From assembly GCA_963709345.1 (NCBI GenBank), contig CAVPVX010000001.1, positions 288,001 to 352,000 of the forward strand: 64,000 nucleotides of DNA, read 5' to 3'. This document shows, piece after piece, positions 9,029 to 19,905 of the stretch. The notes under the pieces are model-generated. The model saw only the letters and a list, made by a program, of their open reading frames with translations, was not told the DNA's origin and ran no database searches. The position numbers were made by a program, and so were the translations under genes. Positions within the stretch are counted from its first letter, which is position 1; each line of letters starts with the position of its first letter. Origin of the DNA: an uncultured Actinomycetes bacterium. GTDB lineage: Bacteria > Actinomycetota > Thermoleophilia > UBA2241.

Positions 9029-10324
9029 GTGAACCGTGCGCGCTCAGCCGTCGCACCGAGCCTCGGTAGGGCGATCCGCCCGCCGGCGTCGGCCTTCGGC
9101 GTGATCCTCCTGCTGCTTGCCTGCTGGTTGGCTTCGGCGCCGGCCGCCGGAGCAGCCGTGAACACTGCGGCTCCGAAATCCTCCGTCAAGCTGGTCTTCA
9201 TCCACCACTCGACCGGCAGCGCGTGGCTCGACGACGGACACGGCGGCCTCGGCAGGGCGCTGCGCGACAACAACTACTTCGTCAGCGACACGAACTACGG
9301 CTGGGGGCCCGGCTCGATCGGCGACTCCACGGATATCGGACACTGGTGGACATGGTTCCGAGGCCCTTCGGCTCCGACCTACGTCGCGGCCCTGTACGGC
9401 GAGAGCGATCAGCACTCGAGCTACTCGAGGCTGGCCACCGACCCGGGCGGCGCCAACGACATCGTCATGTTCAAGAGCTGCTTCCCGAATTCGGAGCTCA
9501 GGTCGCCCTACTCGCCGATGCCGGCGATCAGCGACAATCCACTCAAGGGAGGCTCGTGCGGCGGGGAGGACTTCACGGTCGCCAACGCCAAGGGCATCTA
9601 CCTCGACCTGCTCGAGTACTTCGGCGCGCACCCCGAGAAGCTGTTCGTGGCCGTCGTCGCTCCACCGGTGACGAGCCCCGACACCCCCGGCGGAAGAGCG
9701 CTCGCGAACTGGCTCGCCGACGACTGGCTCCATGACTCCGGCTACACCGTCGGCAACGTGGTCGTGTTCGACTACTACGACATCCTCAGCAGCAAGACCG
9801 GCGGCGGCACGAGCGACGTGGGGCTCGCCACGGGCAACCACCACCGCGTCTGGAACAACGCCGTGCAGCACAAGACCGGCGGCGCGAACCGCCTCGCCTA
9901 CCCCAGCGCCGGCGGCGACAGCCACCCCAACGCGGCCGGAGACCGCAAGGCCACGACCGAGTTCCTGCCGCTCCTGAACGCAGCCTACAACGCCTGGAAG
10001 GGCGTTCCCGGCGGCGACTCCGCCCGTCCCAGGACGTCGGCGCCGCGCGCTGCAAGCGTGCGACGCGGGCGTGTGGCGACCCTCTACTACCGCGTTGACG
10101 ACGATCGCAGCAGAATGGCCACGGTCGTCATCCGCGTCAAGACGCGCTCGGGAAGCCTGAAGAAGACACTGGTCCTGGGCATGCGCGGGACCGGGGCGCT
10201 GCGCAAGGCGACGTTCCGGTGCACGCTGAGCAGAGGGACGTACCGGTTCTGGGTGGACGCGCGCGATTACTCCGGCAACCCCACCCGCATGCCACTCGGC
10301 AACAACCTGATCCGAGTCAGGTAG
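9029..10324 (+). CDS. Secreted SGNH-like hydrolase domain protein with basic C-terminal beta domain
   Basis: Signal peptide; FIHHSTG, MFKSCFPNS, DSHPN; Arg/Lys-rich C-terminal ~100 aa. Confidence 0.65.
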   Translation: MNRARSAVAPSLGRAIRPPASAFGVILLLLACWLASAPAAGAAVNTAAPKSSVKLVFIHHSTGSAWLDDGHGGLGRALRDNNYFVSDTNYGWGPGSIGDSTDIGHWWTWFRGPSAPTYVAALYGESDQHSSYSRLATDPGGANDIVMFKSCFPNSELRSPYSPMPAISDNPLKGGSCGGEDFTVANAKGIYLDLLEYFGAHPEKLFVAVVAPPVTSPDTPGGRALANWLADDWLHDSGYTVGNVVVFDYYDILSSKTGGGTSDVGLATGNHHRVWNNAVQHKTGGANRLAYPSAGGDSHPNAAGDRKATTEFLPLLNAAYNAWKGVPGGDSARPRTSAPRAASVRRGRVATLYYRVDDDRSRMATVVIRVKTRSGSLKKTLVLGMRGTGALRKATFRCTLSRGTYRFWVDARDYSGNPTRMPLGNNLIRVR

Positions 10325-10363
10325 CGAGCGCAGCGCGCGCTACGGCTTCGCCCGAGTCGTTCG

Positions 10364-10963
10364 CTACGGCCGCCTCAGCCCGAGCCGATCCAGCTCGGCG
10401 TCGGCCAAAGCGCGAACGTCACCGCTCGCGACGTCGCTCCACGGGTCGGCAGTCACTGCGCGCAGACGGTCCCACGGCAGTGACGCGCAAGCGCGGCGCG
10501 CGAGGTACTGCTCGAAGGCAGGGTCTCCCGCCACCCCCGGCAGCGCCTCCGCGATAGCTCCGACGTACCGTCGCCAGCGGACGCGCGCCGGCACGTACAG
10601 GATGAGCACCAGTGCCGCCGGCAGGATGCCCACGCCCAGGCCTGCCACGACCGCGGCGCGCAGGATTCCGTCGCGACTCTCCTGACCGCTGGCCTCGACC
10701 TCGACGCCCATCCGCTCGATCTCTCCGGCGAACTCGCCGATGCGGTCGCCGACCAGCGGCAGACCTCCCACCACCCCGAGCGCTTCGCCCGTGTCCTTGA
10801 CCGCCGTGCCGATCTTGATCACGTCGGCGCTCAGCTGCGACTGCGCCCTGATGTCGTGCCAGATCAGCACGCCGAGCGCCGCCCAGACGACGATCCACGC
10901 GACGACCCCGAGGTCGAGCCAGCGCACCGCGCGGGCGCTGAGGAACTGCGTGCCTTCGTGCAT
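10364..10963 (-). CDS. Hypothetical membrane protein (actinobacterial type)
   Basis: Two TM helices; C-terminal ALADAELDRLGL. Confidence 0.75.
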   Translation of the reverse strand: MHEGTQFLSARAVRWLDLGVVAWIVVWAALGVLIWHDIRAQSQLSADVIKIGTAVKDTGEALGVVGGLPLVGDRIGEFAGEIERMGVEVEASGQESRDGILRAAVVAGLGVGILPAALVLILYVPARVRWRRYVGAIAEALPGVAGDPAFEQYLARRACASLPWDRLRAVTADPWSDVASGDVRALADAELDRLGLRRP

Positions 10964-11095
10964 GGCCCCCTCCTGATAGACGTCCCTACTCTACCCGCCG
11001 CAGTGAGGATGAGCGCCGGGCGAAGCGGCCGGCGGCGCTGGGAGCGGGTGCGCGACCGCGTGCGATATGCTCCCCGGAGACCGGAGGTGACAGCC

Positions 11096-12139
11096 ATGGC
11101 AGACGTCGACGCACGCCCGCCGACCCCGCGCGAGACGGGGTTTCGCATGCCGCCTGAATGGGCGCCGCACGCTGGCTGCTGGATGTCGTGGCCCTGCCGC
11201 ACCGAGAACTGGGATGACATCGAGTCGGTGCGCGCAAGGTACGCCGAGGTCGCGCGCGCCATAGCCCGCTTCGAGCCGGTCACCATGACGGCGAACGCGG
11301 AGCACGCCGCGGCGGCGCGCAGCGCACTCGCCGGCACGGGCGACAGCGACGTGGTCGTCGTGCCGAGCGACGACTCGTGGGCCCGCGACACCGCGCCGAC
11401 CTTCGTCGTGGACGGCCGCGGCGGCCTCGGCGGTGTCGACTGGCGGTTCAACGCCTACGGCGGCATTTACGACGAGTACGCGCGTACCGCCAACATGGCG
11501 AAGCGGATCCTCCACCTGCTCGGGGCGAGGCGCTTCGCCGCGCCGATCGTCCTGGAAGGCGGCGCGGTGCACACCGACGGCGAGGGCACGTTGCTGACGA
11601 CCACCGAGGTCGTGCTGGACGCGCGCCGCAACCCGGGGCTCCAGCCGGGAGACGCCGAGAGAATCCTCTGCGACTTCCTCGGCGGCGAGCGCGTGATCTG
11701 GCTCACGAGCGCGCTCGACCACGACAACACCGGCGGCCACGTGGACAACCTCGCCTGCTTCGTCCGGCCGGGAGTCGTCGCGGCACTCGGCAGCGCCGAC
11801 CGCGACGACCCACAGCACGCCGCCGTGCAGGAGAACCTCGGCCGGCTGCGCGCGGCGACCGATGCCGCCGGCCGTGTTCTCGAGGTCGTCGAGTTGCCGA
11901 TGCCGACGCGGCCCGACCACCGCGGGCGTCGGCTCTCACCGAGCTACGTCAACTTCTACATCGCGAACGGCGGCGTCGTGATGCCGGAGTTCGGCGACCC
12001 TGCGGACGAAGAGGCGCGCGAGACGATCGCGCGCCTCTTCCCACGCCACGTCGTCGTGCAGGTCCCCACGCTCGAGCTGGCCAGGGCCGACGGAAACGTC
12101 CACTGCATCACCCAACAGCAGCCGGTGGCCCGACGGTAG
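11096..12139 (+). CDS. aguA: Agmatine deiminase family protein
   Basis: RMPPEWAPH, DSWARD, LEGGAVHTDGEG, GHVDN, SYVNFY, GNVHCITQQQP. Confidence 0.92.
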   Translation: MADVDARPPTPRETGFRMPPEWAPHAGCWMSWPCRTENWDDIESVRARYAEVARAIARFEPVTMTANAEHAAAARSALAGTGDSDVVVVPSDDSWARDTAPTFVVDGRGGLGGVDWRFNAYGGIYDEYARTANMAKRILHLLGARRFAAPIVLEGGAVHTDGEGTLLTTTEVVLDARRNPGLQPGDAERILCDFLGGERVIWLTSALDHDNTGGHVDNLACFVRPGVVAALGSADRDDPQHAAVQENLGRLRAATDAAGRVLEVVELPMPTRPDHRGRRLSPSYVNFYIANGGVVMPEFGDPADEEARETIARLFPRHVVVQVPTLELARADGNVHCITQQQPVARR

Positions 12140-12336
12140 GCGGCGGGGAGCGAGACGAGCCCTGACACGCTCGCCAAGCCGGCGGAACGGCGGCGCGCGA
12201 ACGATACGCGCGCCTGACTCGTTACAGAGATGCCTGATCCGGAGTCAGGAGGGATCTCCGGCGAGCCCCTGAGAGGTGGAGGTTGGAGACGGCCGACGGC
12301 TTAGCCGCCGGCCGTTCCACGTACGCAATCGACCGC

Positions 12337-12957
12337 TCAAGCCGGCTTCACCCAGACGCCGCTGTAGTAGCAGCCGGGGACGAGCGCCTTGCCCGAGCTC
12401 CGGCCCTGCTCCGTGAAGCCGGCCTCCGCAAGGAGCCTCTGAGCCTCGGCCGCAGGCATCCCATGCTTCGGGGAAGTGGGCTCGCGCACGAACAGGCGCC
12501 CGCCCGGGCGCAGCAGACGCGCGAGCTCGGCGACGACGGACGGCCGGTCGGCGGGTGGGATGTCGTGCAGCATCCAATGGATCAGCACGACATCCAGGTC
12601 GGCGGGTGGAAGGTCCATCGCGCGCACGTCGCCGAGCCGGTACTCGACGTTGGTGTGGACACGCAGGACCCGTTTCACCACGCTCTGCCAGCGCGCCGAG
12701 ACATCCATGCACGTCAGACGCCCGCCGCCGGCTTCGAGGCGCTTCGCGAGGTGGCGGGCGGCGGCTCCGCCGCCGCTTCCATAGTCGAGCACGCTCTCGT
12801 CGCCGCGCAGGCCCATCTCGTCGACGTACCGGCGATAGAAGCCGCTGAGCAGGCCGTTCGCGACGAGCCGCGACTCCAGAATCTCCATGCGGCCCGGCTC
12901 AGGCCCCGGAGCAGTGGCCCCTCGGCCGGCCGGGGTAGCCTGCCCAACGGCAGCCAT
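12337..12957 (-). CDS. Class I SAM-dependent methyltransferase
   Basis: VLDYGSGGG, LHDI, LRPGGRL; start uncertain (12957 or 12888). Confidence 0.85.
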   Translation of the reverse strand: MAAVGQATPAGRGATAPGPEPGRMEILESRLVANGLLSGFYRRYVDEMGLRGDESVLDYGSGGGAAARHLAKRLEAGGGRLTCMDVSARWQSVVKRVLRVHTNVEYRLGDVRAMDLPPADLDVVLIHWMLHDIPPADRPSVVAELARLLRPGGRLFVREPTSPKHGMPAAEAQRLLAEAGFTEQGRSSGKALVPGCYYSGVWVKPA

Positions 12958-12961
12958 CACT

Positions 12962-13159
12962 TCACGCCGTCCCCGGCGTGCCGGGCTTGCTGCCGGCCCA
13001 GTGGGCGAGGCGCACGACCCAGCCAATGGCCGTGCCTGCACAGAGGATGATCGGGAGCCCCCGGGTGATCCACGCGGGAGAGTTCAGCCAGTCGCAGATG
13101 GCAACCACGATCGCCACTCATATGACCAGGCCGACGACATCCAGCATCGTCCTCTTCAC
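12962..13159 (-). pseudogene. Small two-TM protein with internal TGA
   Basis: Strong RBS AGGAGGAGGAG, GTG start; MKRTMLDVVGLVI*VAIVVAICDWLNSPAWITRGLPIILCAGTAIGWVVRLAHW...; TGA at 13118-13120; not in ORF track. Confidence 0.5.
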
Positions 13160-13215
13160 CGCTCCTCCTCCTATCGCTTTCCTCGCGGCCCCTGAAGGAC
13201 GATGATAACGCCATC

Positions 13216-13812
13216 ATGCGCATCGCGTTCCTCGGCGACAGCCTCACAGAAGGGTGGCCCGGAGCGGCGTACTTCCCGCTGCTCGACCGGCGGCTGCGGC
13301 GGCACGAGTTGCTGAATCGGGGCCGGGCCGGCGACACGGTGGCTGAACTCCGGGCGCGGATGCGGATCGAGGGCCTCGCGCCGGTCGACCTCGCCTTCAT
13401 CTGGGTCGGCGCCAACGACGCCGTCATCGGCGCCTGGGACGCATCGGAGCCGGGCAGCGGCTGGAGTTGGCCGGAGCGTCTGCAGCGGATTCGCAACGAG
13501 TACGAGTCGCTGCTCGAGTGGACGGAGACACGCACGCCGAGAGTGGTGCTCGTCCGCCCGATCATCCTCGAAGCCGAGGGCTCGCTCTGGGAAGAGCGCG
13601 CGGCGGAAGTCGGCGGGGTCGTGGCCGGGCTCGCGGTCGCGCGCAGCGCTCGCCGCCAGCTGGACCTGCGTCCCGCCTTCGCCGCCGCGCGCGCGAGCGC
13701 AGGCCCCTTCACGACGGACGGCGTGCACTTCACCGATGCCGGCGCCGAGGTCGTGGCCGACGTGTTCGCGGCCGTCATCCTGGAACTCGAGGCCGAGGAG
13801 GCCGGCTCATGA
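13216..13812 (+). CDS. SGNH/GDSL hydrolase
   Basis: FLGDSLT, NRGRAGDT, GANDA, DGVHF. Confidence 0.92.
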   Translation: MRIAFLGDSLTEGWPGAAYFPLLDRRLRRHELLNRGRAGDTVAELRARMRIEGLAPVDLAFIWVGANDAVIGAWDASEPGSGWSWPERLQRIRNEYESLLEWTETRTPRVVLVRPIILEAEGSLWEERAAEVGGVVAGLAVARSARRQLDLRPAFAAARASAGPFTTDGVHFTDAGAEVVADVFAAVILELEAEEAGS

Positions 13813-14513
13813 GGCCCCTGCACAAGATCGCCCTCGCCGCCGTTACCGTGGAGGTCCTCGGCGCCGCCTACTCGTTCCTCGTGCTGCCGCGCATGCGCCG
13901 CTGGGGCGCGACCGATGAAGAGGTGTCGCGCACGCTGCCCGGCGACGACCTCGTCGGCGAGCCCGTCTATACGACGACCCACGCCGCCACCATCGCCGCG
14001 CCGGTCACCGCCGTCTGGCCCTGGCTCGTCCAGATCGGCCAGAACCGCGGCGGCTTCTACAGCTACGACATCCTCGAGAACCTGATGCGCCTCAAGATCC
14101 ACAGCGCCGACGTGATCCACCCCGAGTGGCAGGAGCTCCGCACCGGTGAAGACTACGTGACGCTCGACCCGGACGAGTACATGAAGATGACTGTCGCCGT
14201 ACTCGAACCGGAACGCGCCTTCGTGATCCGCAGCGGAGCGCCCGGCGAGCCGCCGCAGACGCCGGGCAGCTTCTTCCGCGGCGAGCTCGCGTGGTCCTGG
14301 GGATTCTATGTCGAGCCGCTCGACCAGCGCACCACGCGCCTGATCGTCCGCTCCCGCGGCGCCTGGCGGCGAACGGCCGCCGCCGTCTGCGCACAGGTCT
14401 TCGGCCTCGAGCCCGCGCACTTCATCATGGAAGAGGGCATGCTGCGCGGCATCCGCGACCGTGCCGAGCAGGCCGCCCACGGGAGCGCCCCCGTCGTCGC
14501 CGAGGGCGGCTGA
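13809..14513 (+). CDS. SRPBCC-like family protein
   Basis: RWGATDEEV...LPGDDLV, VWPWLVQIGQNRGGFYSYD; ATGA overlap with upstream gene. Confidence 0.82.
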   Translation: MRPLHKIALAAVTVEVLGAAYSFLVLPRMRRWGATDEEVSRTLPGDDLVGEPVYTTTHAATIAAPVTAVWPWLVQIGQNRGGFYSYDILENLMRLKIHSADVIHPEWQELRTGEDYVTLDPDEYMKMTVAVLEPERAFVIRSGAPGEPPQTPGSFFRGELAWSWGFYVEPLDQRTTRLIVRSRGAWRRTAAAVCAQVFGLEPAHFIMEEGMLRGIRDRAEQAAHGSAPVVAEGG

Positions 14514-14786
14514 CGCACTCTCCGCCGTCGGCTACCTCGGATGGGGTACGCGTCGAGGAGCGACGGAGAGACCGGGGGCTCGCGCCGCCTCCCGCTCGAT
14601 GCGGCCCCGCGTACCCCCGCCGGTGAGCCGTCTTCCCGACGGGGAGAGAGGCGCTCCCCCTGCGGTGGCTCTCGCGCAAGCCGCATATCCCTCCAGCGCG
14701 TTGACCGATTCACCACCGTTGGGCGATTCGCCGCTCACTCCCTCCCCGTAGCCTCTCTTCAACGACTCAACCAGGAGGAGAGCGAC

Positions 14787-15629
14787 ATGCGGCAGACCAC
14801 CACCCAAGAACGCGAGAGCCTCGTCGAAGCGCGAGACGCCCTTGCCCAGCTCGAACGCCAGTTCACCGGCGAGTCACGGTTCACCGAACGCCCCGAGGGC
14901 CGCGCGGTCGTGACCGCTCGCGGCCTCAGCCGCACCTACGGCAAGGGCGACGCGAAGGTCCACGCCTTGCGCGACGTCGACATCGACATCACCGAGGGCC
15001 GGCTGACGGCCATCATGGGCCCGTCCGGCTCCGGCAAGAGCACGCTCATGCACATCCTCGCCGGCCTCGACCAGCCCACCGGCGGCCGGGTCAGCATCGA
15101 CGGCACGGAGATCACCCGGCTCAAGGAGAAGAAGCTCACGCAGCTGCGCCGCGACAAGATCGGCTTCATCTTCCAGAGCTTCAACCTGCTCGCGACCCTG
15201 ACCGCCGACGAGAACATCGTCCTGCCGCTCTCGCTCGCTCGCCGCAGGGCGGATGAGGCCTGGCGGCGCACCGTCATCGAAGCCGTCGGTCTGCAAGATC
15301 GCCTGACCCACCGCCCCGCGGAGCTCTCCGGCGGCCAGCAGCAGCGCGTCGCCGTCGCCCGGGCGCTCATCACCCGGCCGGCCGTGCTGTTCGCCGACGA
15401 GCCGACCGGCAACCTGGATTCGCGGACCGGCGGTGAAGTGCTGGATCTGCTCCGCCACAGCGTCGACGAGTTCGGCCAGACCGTGATCATGGTCACGCAC
15501 GACGCCAATGCGGCGAGCATCGCCGACCGCGTCGTCTTCCTCAAGGATGGCCAGATCGAGCTCGACGAGGACCGCATGACCCGCGACGCCATCTACGACA
15601 CCATCAAGAACCTCGAGGTGACCCGATGA
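14787..15629 (+). CDS. ABC transporter ATP-binding protein (LolD/MacB type)
   Basis: GPSGSGKS, LSGGQQQRV, ADEPTGNLD; RBS AGGAGG. Confidence 0.95.
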   Translation: MRQTTTQERESLVEARDALAQLERQFTGESRFTERPEGRAVVTARGLSRTYGKGDAKVHALRDVDIDITEGRLTAIMGPSGSGKSTLMHILAGLDQPTGGRVSIDGTEITRLKEKKLTQLRRDKIGFIFQSFNLLATLTADENIVLPLSLARRRADEAWRRTVIEAVGLQDRLTHRPAELSGGQQQRVAVARALITRPAVLFADEPTGNLDSRTGGEVLDLLRHSVDEFGQTVIMVTHDANAASIADRVVFLKDGQIELDEDRMTRDAIYDTIKNLEVTR

Positions 15630-18185
15630 CCCGCCTCGCCTTCCGCAGCTTGGCCAGCCGGCCGCTTCGCACCATCCTCACGCTGCTCGCGATCCTGCTC
15701 GGCGTGGCGATGATCACCGGCACGTACGTGCTGACCGACCAGATCGACAACGGGTTCGCCAGCACCTTCGAGAGCAAGTTCAAGGGCACAGCCGTGCAGG
15801 TCCAGCCAGAGCGTTCGTTCACCAGCCTCGAGGGCGACGCGATCCAGACGCTCGACGACGACCTCGTTGCCCGAGTGCTGGCAGCGCCCGGCGTGGACAG
15901 GGCCGCCGGAACCTACGAGACGATGGGCGCCGCGATCGTCGACGGCAAGGCCGTCGAGAGCGGCTCCGCGACCCTGCTCACGACCGACCCGGGCGAGCCA
16001 TTCAGCCAGGCGACCCTGGTCGCCGGCCGAGAGATCCAGGGTCGCAACGAGGTCTCGATCATCAAGAGCTTCGCCGACGAGGCCGGCCTCAAGCCCGGCG
16101 ACACCTTCACCGTCGCCGCCCCGGCCGGCCTCCAGGAGGTCAAGGTCGCCGGCGTCTTCGAACCGGACGATTCCGGGTCCCTCGGCGTCTCGGGCGTCAA
16201 TACGTTCCCCATCGTCGTCGACGGCCGCCTGCAAGACGTGCAGCGCTGGGGCGGCGAGCCCGGCAGGATCAGCGGCATCTCCGTCTCCGCGGATCCGGGC
16301 GTGACGCCGAAGGAGCTCGCCGCGAACGTCAAGGCCGCCCTGCCGGCCAGCGTCAGCGTCAAGACCGGCGAGCAGGCTGCCGCCGACGCGACCGCCGAGA
16401 CGGCCGACGCGATCGGCTCGTTCCTCACGCCGGTGCTCCTGGCGTTCGCCGGCGTCTCCGTCTTCGTCGGCGCGTTCATCATCTTCAACGCCTTCAGCAT
16501 CACCGTCGCCCAGCGGCGCCGCGAGTTCGCGATGCTGCGCGCCCTCGGCGCCAGCCGCCGCCAGGTGCTCACGTCGGTGGTCGCCGAGGCGCTCACGCTC
16601 GGCGTGCTGGCCTCGGCGGTCGGCATCGTCGCCGGCCTCGGCGTCGCCAAGGCCATCAACGCGCTCTTCACGGCCGTCGGCGCCGATATCCCGACGGCAG
16701 GCATCGCACTCGAACCCAGGACCATCCTCATCGCGGCGCTGGTCGGCGTGGGCGTCACGCTCCTCTCGGCGCTCACCCCGGCCCTGCGCGCCACGCGCGT
16801 GCCGCCGGTGGCGGCCCTCCAGGAGGGCGCGACGCTGCCGCGGACACGCTTCGCCAGGTTCACCACCGTCATCGCGCTGGCCTTCGCGGCGCTCGGCGGC
16901 GGCTCCCTCGCCTACGGCATCCTCGCCGACGGCGGGACCAACGGCCGCCTGCTGTTCATGGGCCTCGGCGCGCTGCTGCTCTTCGTCGCCATCGCCATGC
17001 TGGCCAAGTTCGTCGTGCGACCGGCGAGCCGGATCATCGGCTGGCCGATGGAGAAGCTCGCGCCCACCAGCGGCCGCCTGGCCCGCGACAACGCCGGCCG
17101 CAACCCGAGCCGCACGGCCGCCACGGCCGCCGCGCTCATGATCGGCCTCGCCATGGTCGTCTTCGTCGCCGTCTTCGCCCAGGCGATGAAGGGCTCGTTC
17201 AGCGACGCGATCAGCACAGTCCACGCGCGCCGACCTCGTCGCGCAGGACCAGAGCGCATTCCTCACCGTGCCCCAGAAGACGGTGCGCGGCCTCGAGCAG
17301 GTGCCCGGCGTCGAGTCCGCCGCCGGTGTCGCCTGGGCGGCGCTCAAGGTCAAGGGCGCCGGCGTCATCACCGCCAACGCCGTGGATCCCGCGGTGTGGC
17401 CCGAGGTCTGGGGCCACGACTGGCGGCGCGGCGGCAGCGACGACCTGTTCGCCAAGCTGGATGCCACGCATGTGATCCTCGAGGACGGGTCGCCGATGGC
17501 CGCCAAGGCCGAGGCCGGCGACACGATCACGGTCACCAGCCAGAGCGGCAAGAGGGCCAACCTCACGGTGCTGGGGTTCTACCGCGACCAGATGGCCTAC
17601 ACCGGCATGATGGTCAGTCTCGACACGCTCAAGAAGCTGGACGTCCCGACCGCGGCCGGCATGACGCTGGTCCGCACCGACGGCAGCGACGGGACGCGGG
17701 CGGCGGTCCAGAAGGCTCTCGCCGAGTTCCCGACGCAGACGGTCCAGACCAAGACCGAGTACCTCGACGCCATCAACAAGCAGGTCGACCAGATCCTCAT
17801 GATGTTCTACGGCCTGCTGGCCATGAGCGTGATCATCTCGATCTTCGGGATCGTCAACACCCTGGTGCTGAGCGTGCACGAGCGCACCCGCGAGATCGGC
17901 ATGCTTCGCGCCATCGGCGCCACCCGGCGGCAGCTCGGCCAGATGGTGCGCTACGAGAGCGTGATCACCGCCGTGATCGGCGGCGTGCTGGGCACGCTGG
18001 TCGGGATCGCCATGAGCTACGTCCTCGTCACACAGATCGGTGGCGACGGGCTGGTGTTCAGCCTGCCGTGGCTGCAGTTGGGCGTGTTCCTGATCCTCGC
18101 CGTCGTGGTCGGCGTCGTGGCGGCGGTGCTGCCGGCGCGCCGCGCCGCCGACACGCGGATCCTGGAGGCCATCCAGTACGAGTGA
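15626..18185 (+). CDS. FtsX-like ABC permease, frameshifted near 17216
   Basis: Two FtsX repeats (QRRREFAMLRALGA; ERTREIGMLRAIGA) lie in different frames; removing one base near AGCACAG restores ...STRADLVAQDQ. Confidence 0.85.
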
Positions 18186-18229
18186 TGCCTCGAGTCGCAC
18201 TGCCTCACCGAGGCAGCGGCGTTCGAGAG

Positions 18230-18261
18230 AGGGCCGGGGCGGCGTCAGCCGCCCCGGCCCT
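18230..18261. terminator. Hairpin terminator
   Basis: AGGGCCGGGGCGGC-GTCA-GCCGCCCCGGCCCT perfect stem. Confidence 0.7.
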
Positions 18262-18320
18262 TCTGCGTCATCGCGCTCGTAGCCCCGCTCCGTGCAGCAC
18301 CGCCTCGTTGACCCCGACCG

Positions 18321-19013
18321 TCAACCAGCGACGTGGTCGCGCATGTCGACGTCGCCACCCGGCTCTACCTCGATGTCGCCGGTCGCGACCCGGAAGACGA
18401 CGTGGGCGACGCGCTCCGGCGACATGCCCTGCATGTCGTTCATGCGCGTCGCCGTCACCGTGGGGTGCACTGTCACGAAGCGCTTCCCCGGCCGCTCGAG
18501 CGCCAGAGCCTTGATGAAGCCGCGCAAGCCCCACTTCGTGGCGCAGTAAGTCGGCGGCGTGCGTGAAGGATGCAGGGTCGCGGTGCTGCCGATGGTGATC
18601 ACCGCATCGTCCACCATCGGCAGGAAGCTCCACGTGAGCTTCATGACGCCCTCGAGATTCACGGAGAGCTGCGACTCGAGCTCGCCGAAGTCCTGCTCCA
18701 GGAACGGGCGCCAGACGATCATTCCGGCGTTGTTCACGAGAATGCCGACGGAGCCGAAGCGGTCGACCACGGCCTCGACCAGCGTGCGGATGCTACCGTC
18801 GTCCGCGAGCTGGAGCGAGCACGTCAGCACATCCGGAGAGCCGAGACCGCGGCAGAGATCGGCCACCTCCTCAGCCTCGGCGCGATGTTCGAAGTAGGTG
18901 AGCGCCAAGCGGCTCCCGGCGGCGGCGAACCGCAACGCGATCTCGCGCCCGATGCCGATGCTCGCCCCCGTGACGAGGACGACCTTGTCCGCCAGGTCGG
19001 TGCCCACATACAC
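18321..19013 (-). CDS. Short-chain dehydrogenase/reductase
   Basis: TGASIGIG, VNNAG, YCATK. Confidence 0.92.
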   Translation of the reverse strand: MYVGTDLADKVVLVTGASIGIGREIALRFAAAGSRLALTYFEHRAEAEEVADLCRGLGSPDVLTCSLQLADDGSIRTLVEAVVDRFGSVGILVNNAGMIVWRPFLEQDFGELESQLSVNLEGVMKLTWSFLPMVDDAVITIGSTATLHPSRTPPTYCATKWGLRGFIKALALERPGKRFVTVHPTVTATRMNDMQGMSPERVAHVVFRVATGDIEVEPGGDVDMRDHVAG

Positions 19014-19203
19014 ATGCTACCCGAGACGACGAGCCCGCGACCGCATCCGTCGAGGGAAGCGCCGCCCGAACTGACTACGCGGCATCTGTGGTGCAGCGGT
19101 GCGGTCGTCGGCGCTCCGCGCTGGTCAGTGTGTCCACAAGCTGGTCCACTGTGCGACCGCGCCGCTGGTGGTCTTACCACCGCCCGTCAGGTACCGTGCA
19201 GAC

Positions 19204-19839
19204 ATGAAGGTCCTTGTCGTTGGAGCAACAGGCCGTACCGGTAGACTGCTGGCATCCGGCGCATTGGAGCGCGGTCACGAGGTGACCGCGCTGGTGCGCG
19301 CCCCGGAAAGGCTCGGCGACCTGACCGGCAGGGTCCACGTCGTCGCCGGTGACGTGCTGGACGGCGGCCTGGTGAGCGACGCCGTCGACGGGCAGGAGGC
19401 GGCGCTCGTCTCGCTTGGAGTGGCAATGAAGAAGGGTGATCCGGCCGTCAATGCCCAGGGCACCCTGAATGTGATCCGCTCGATGCAGCGCTACGGCGTG
19501 CGCCGGCTGGTGGTGCTGTCCTCCGGAGGCATCCAGCAGGGCCGCGACTCCAACCTGTCTTGGGCGTTCGACCGCATCATCAAGCCGCTGTTCCTCAAGC
19601 ATGCCTTCGCAGACCTGCGGCGCATGGAGACGAGTGTCCGCCAGAGCGAACTCGACTGGACGATCGTGCGCGCCTCCGGCGGGCTGGTCGACGGCCCACC
19701 ACGCGGCGGCTACCGGGCGGAGCCCGGCTACTCGATCCCCGGCGGACGGCGCATCGCCCGCGCCGACGTCGCCGAGTTCATGCTCGACCAGCTCGTCCTG
19801 CGCAGCGACATCGGGCACGCGCTGGCTATCGCCTACTGA
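19204..19839 (+). CDS. NAD(P)H-binding protein (BVR-B/NmrA-like atypical SDR)
   Basis: GATGRTG, SELDWTIVR, IARADVAEFML. Confidence 0.9.
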   Translation: MKVLVVGATGRTGRLLASGALERGHEVTALVRAPERLGDLTGRVHVVAGDVLDGGLVSDAVDGQEAALVSLGVAMKKGDPAVNAQGTLNVIRSMQRYGVRRLVVLSSGGIQQGRDSNLSWAFDRIIKPLFLKHAFADLRRMETSVRQSELDWTIVRASGGLVDGPPRGGYRAEPGYSIPGGRRIARADVAEFMLDQLVLRSDIGHALAIAY

Positions 19840-19905
19840 GGGCCGGGCCGGCGGCGCCCGCCGGCCATCGCCGGCGCTTTCTCGGCCGCCGTCACCGAGC
19901 GTGTC

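Noticed and set aside
17217-18514. Arg-rich C-terminal half of the 962-aa ORF as a novel domain
   Set aside because: Out-of-frame translation after the frameshift; the real permease continues in the 17268-18185 frame
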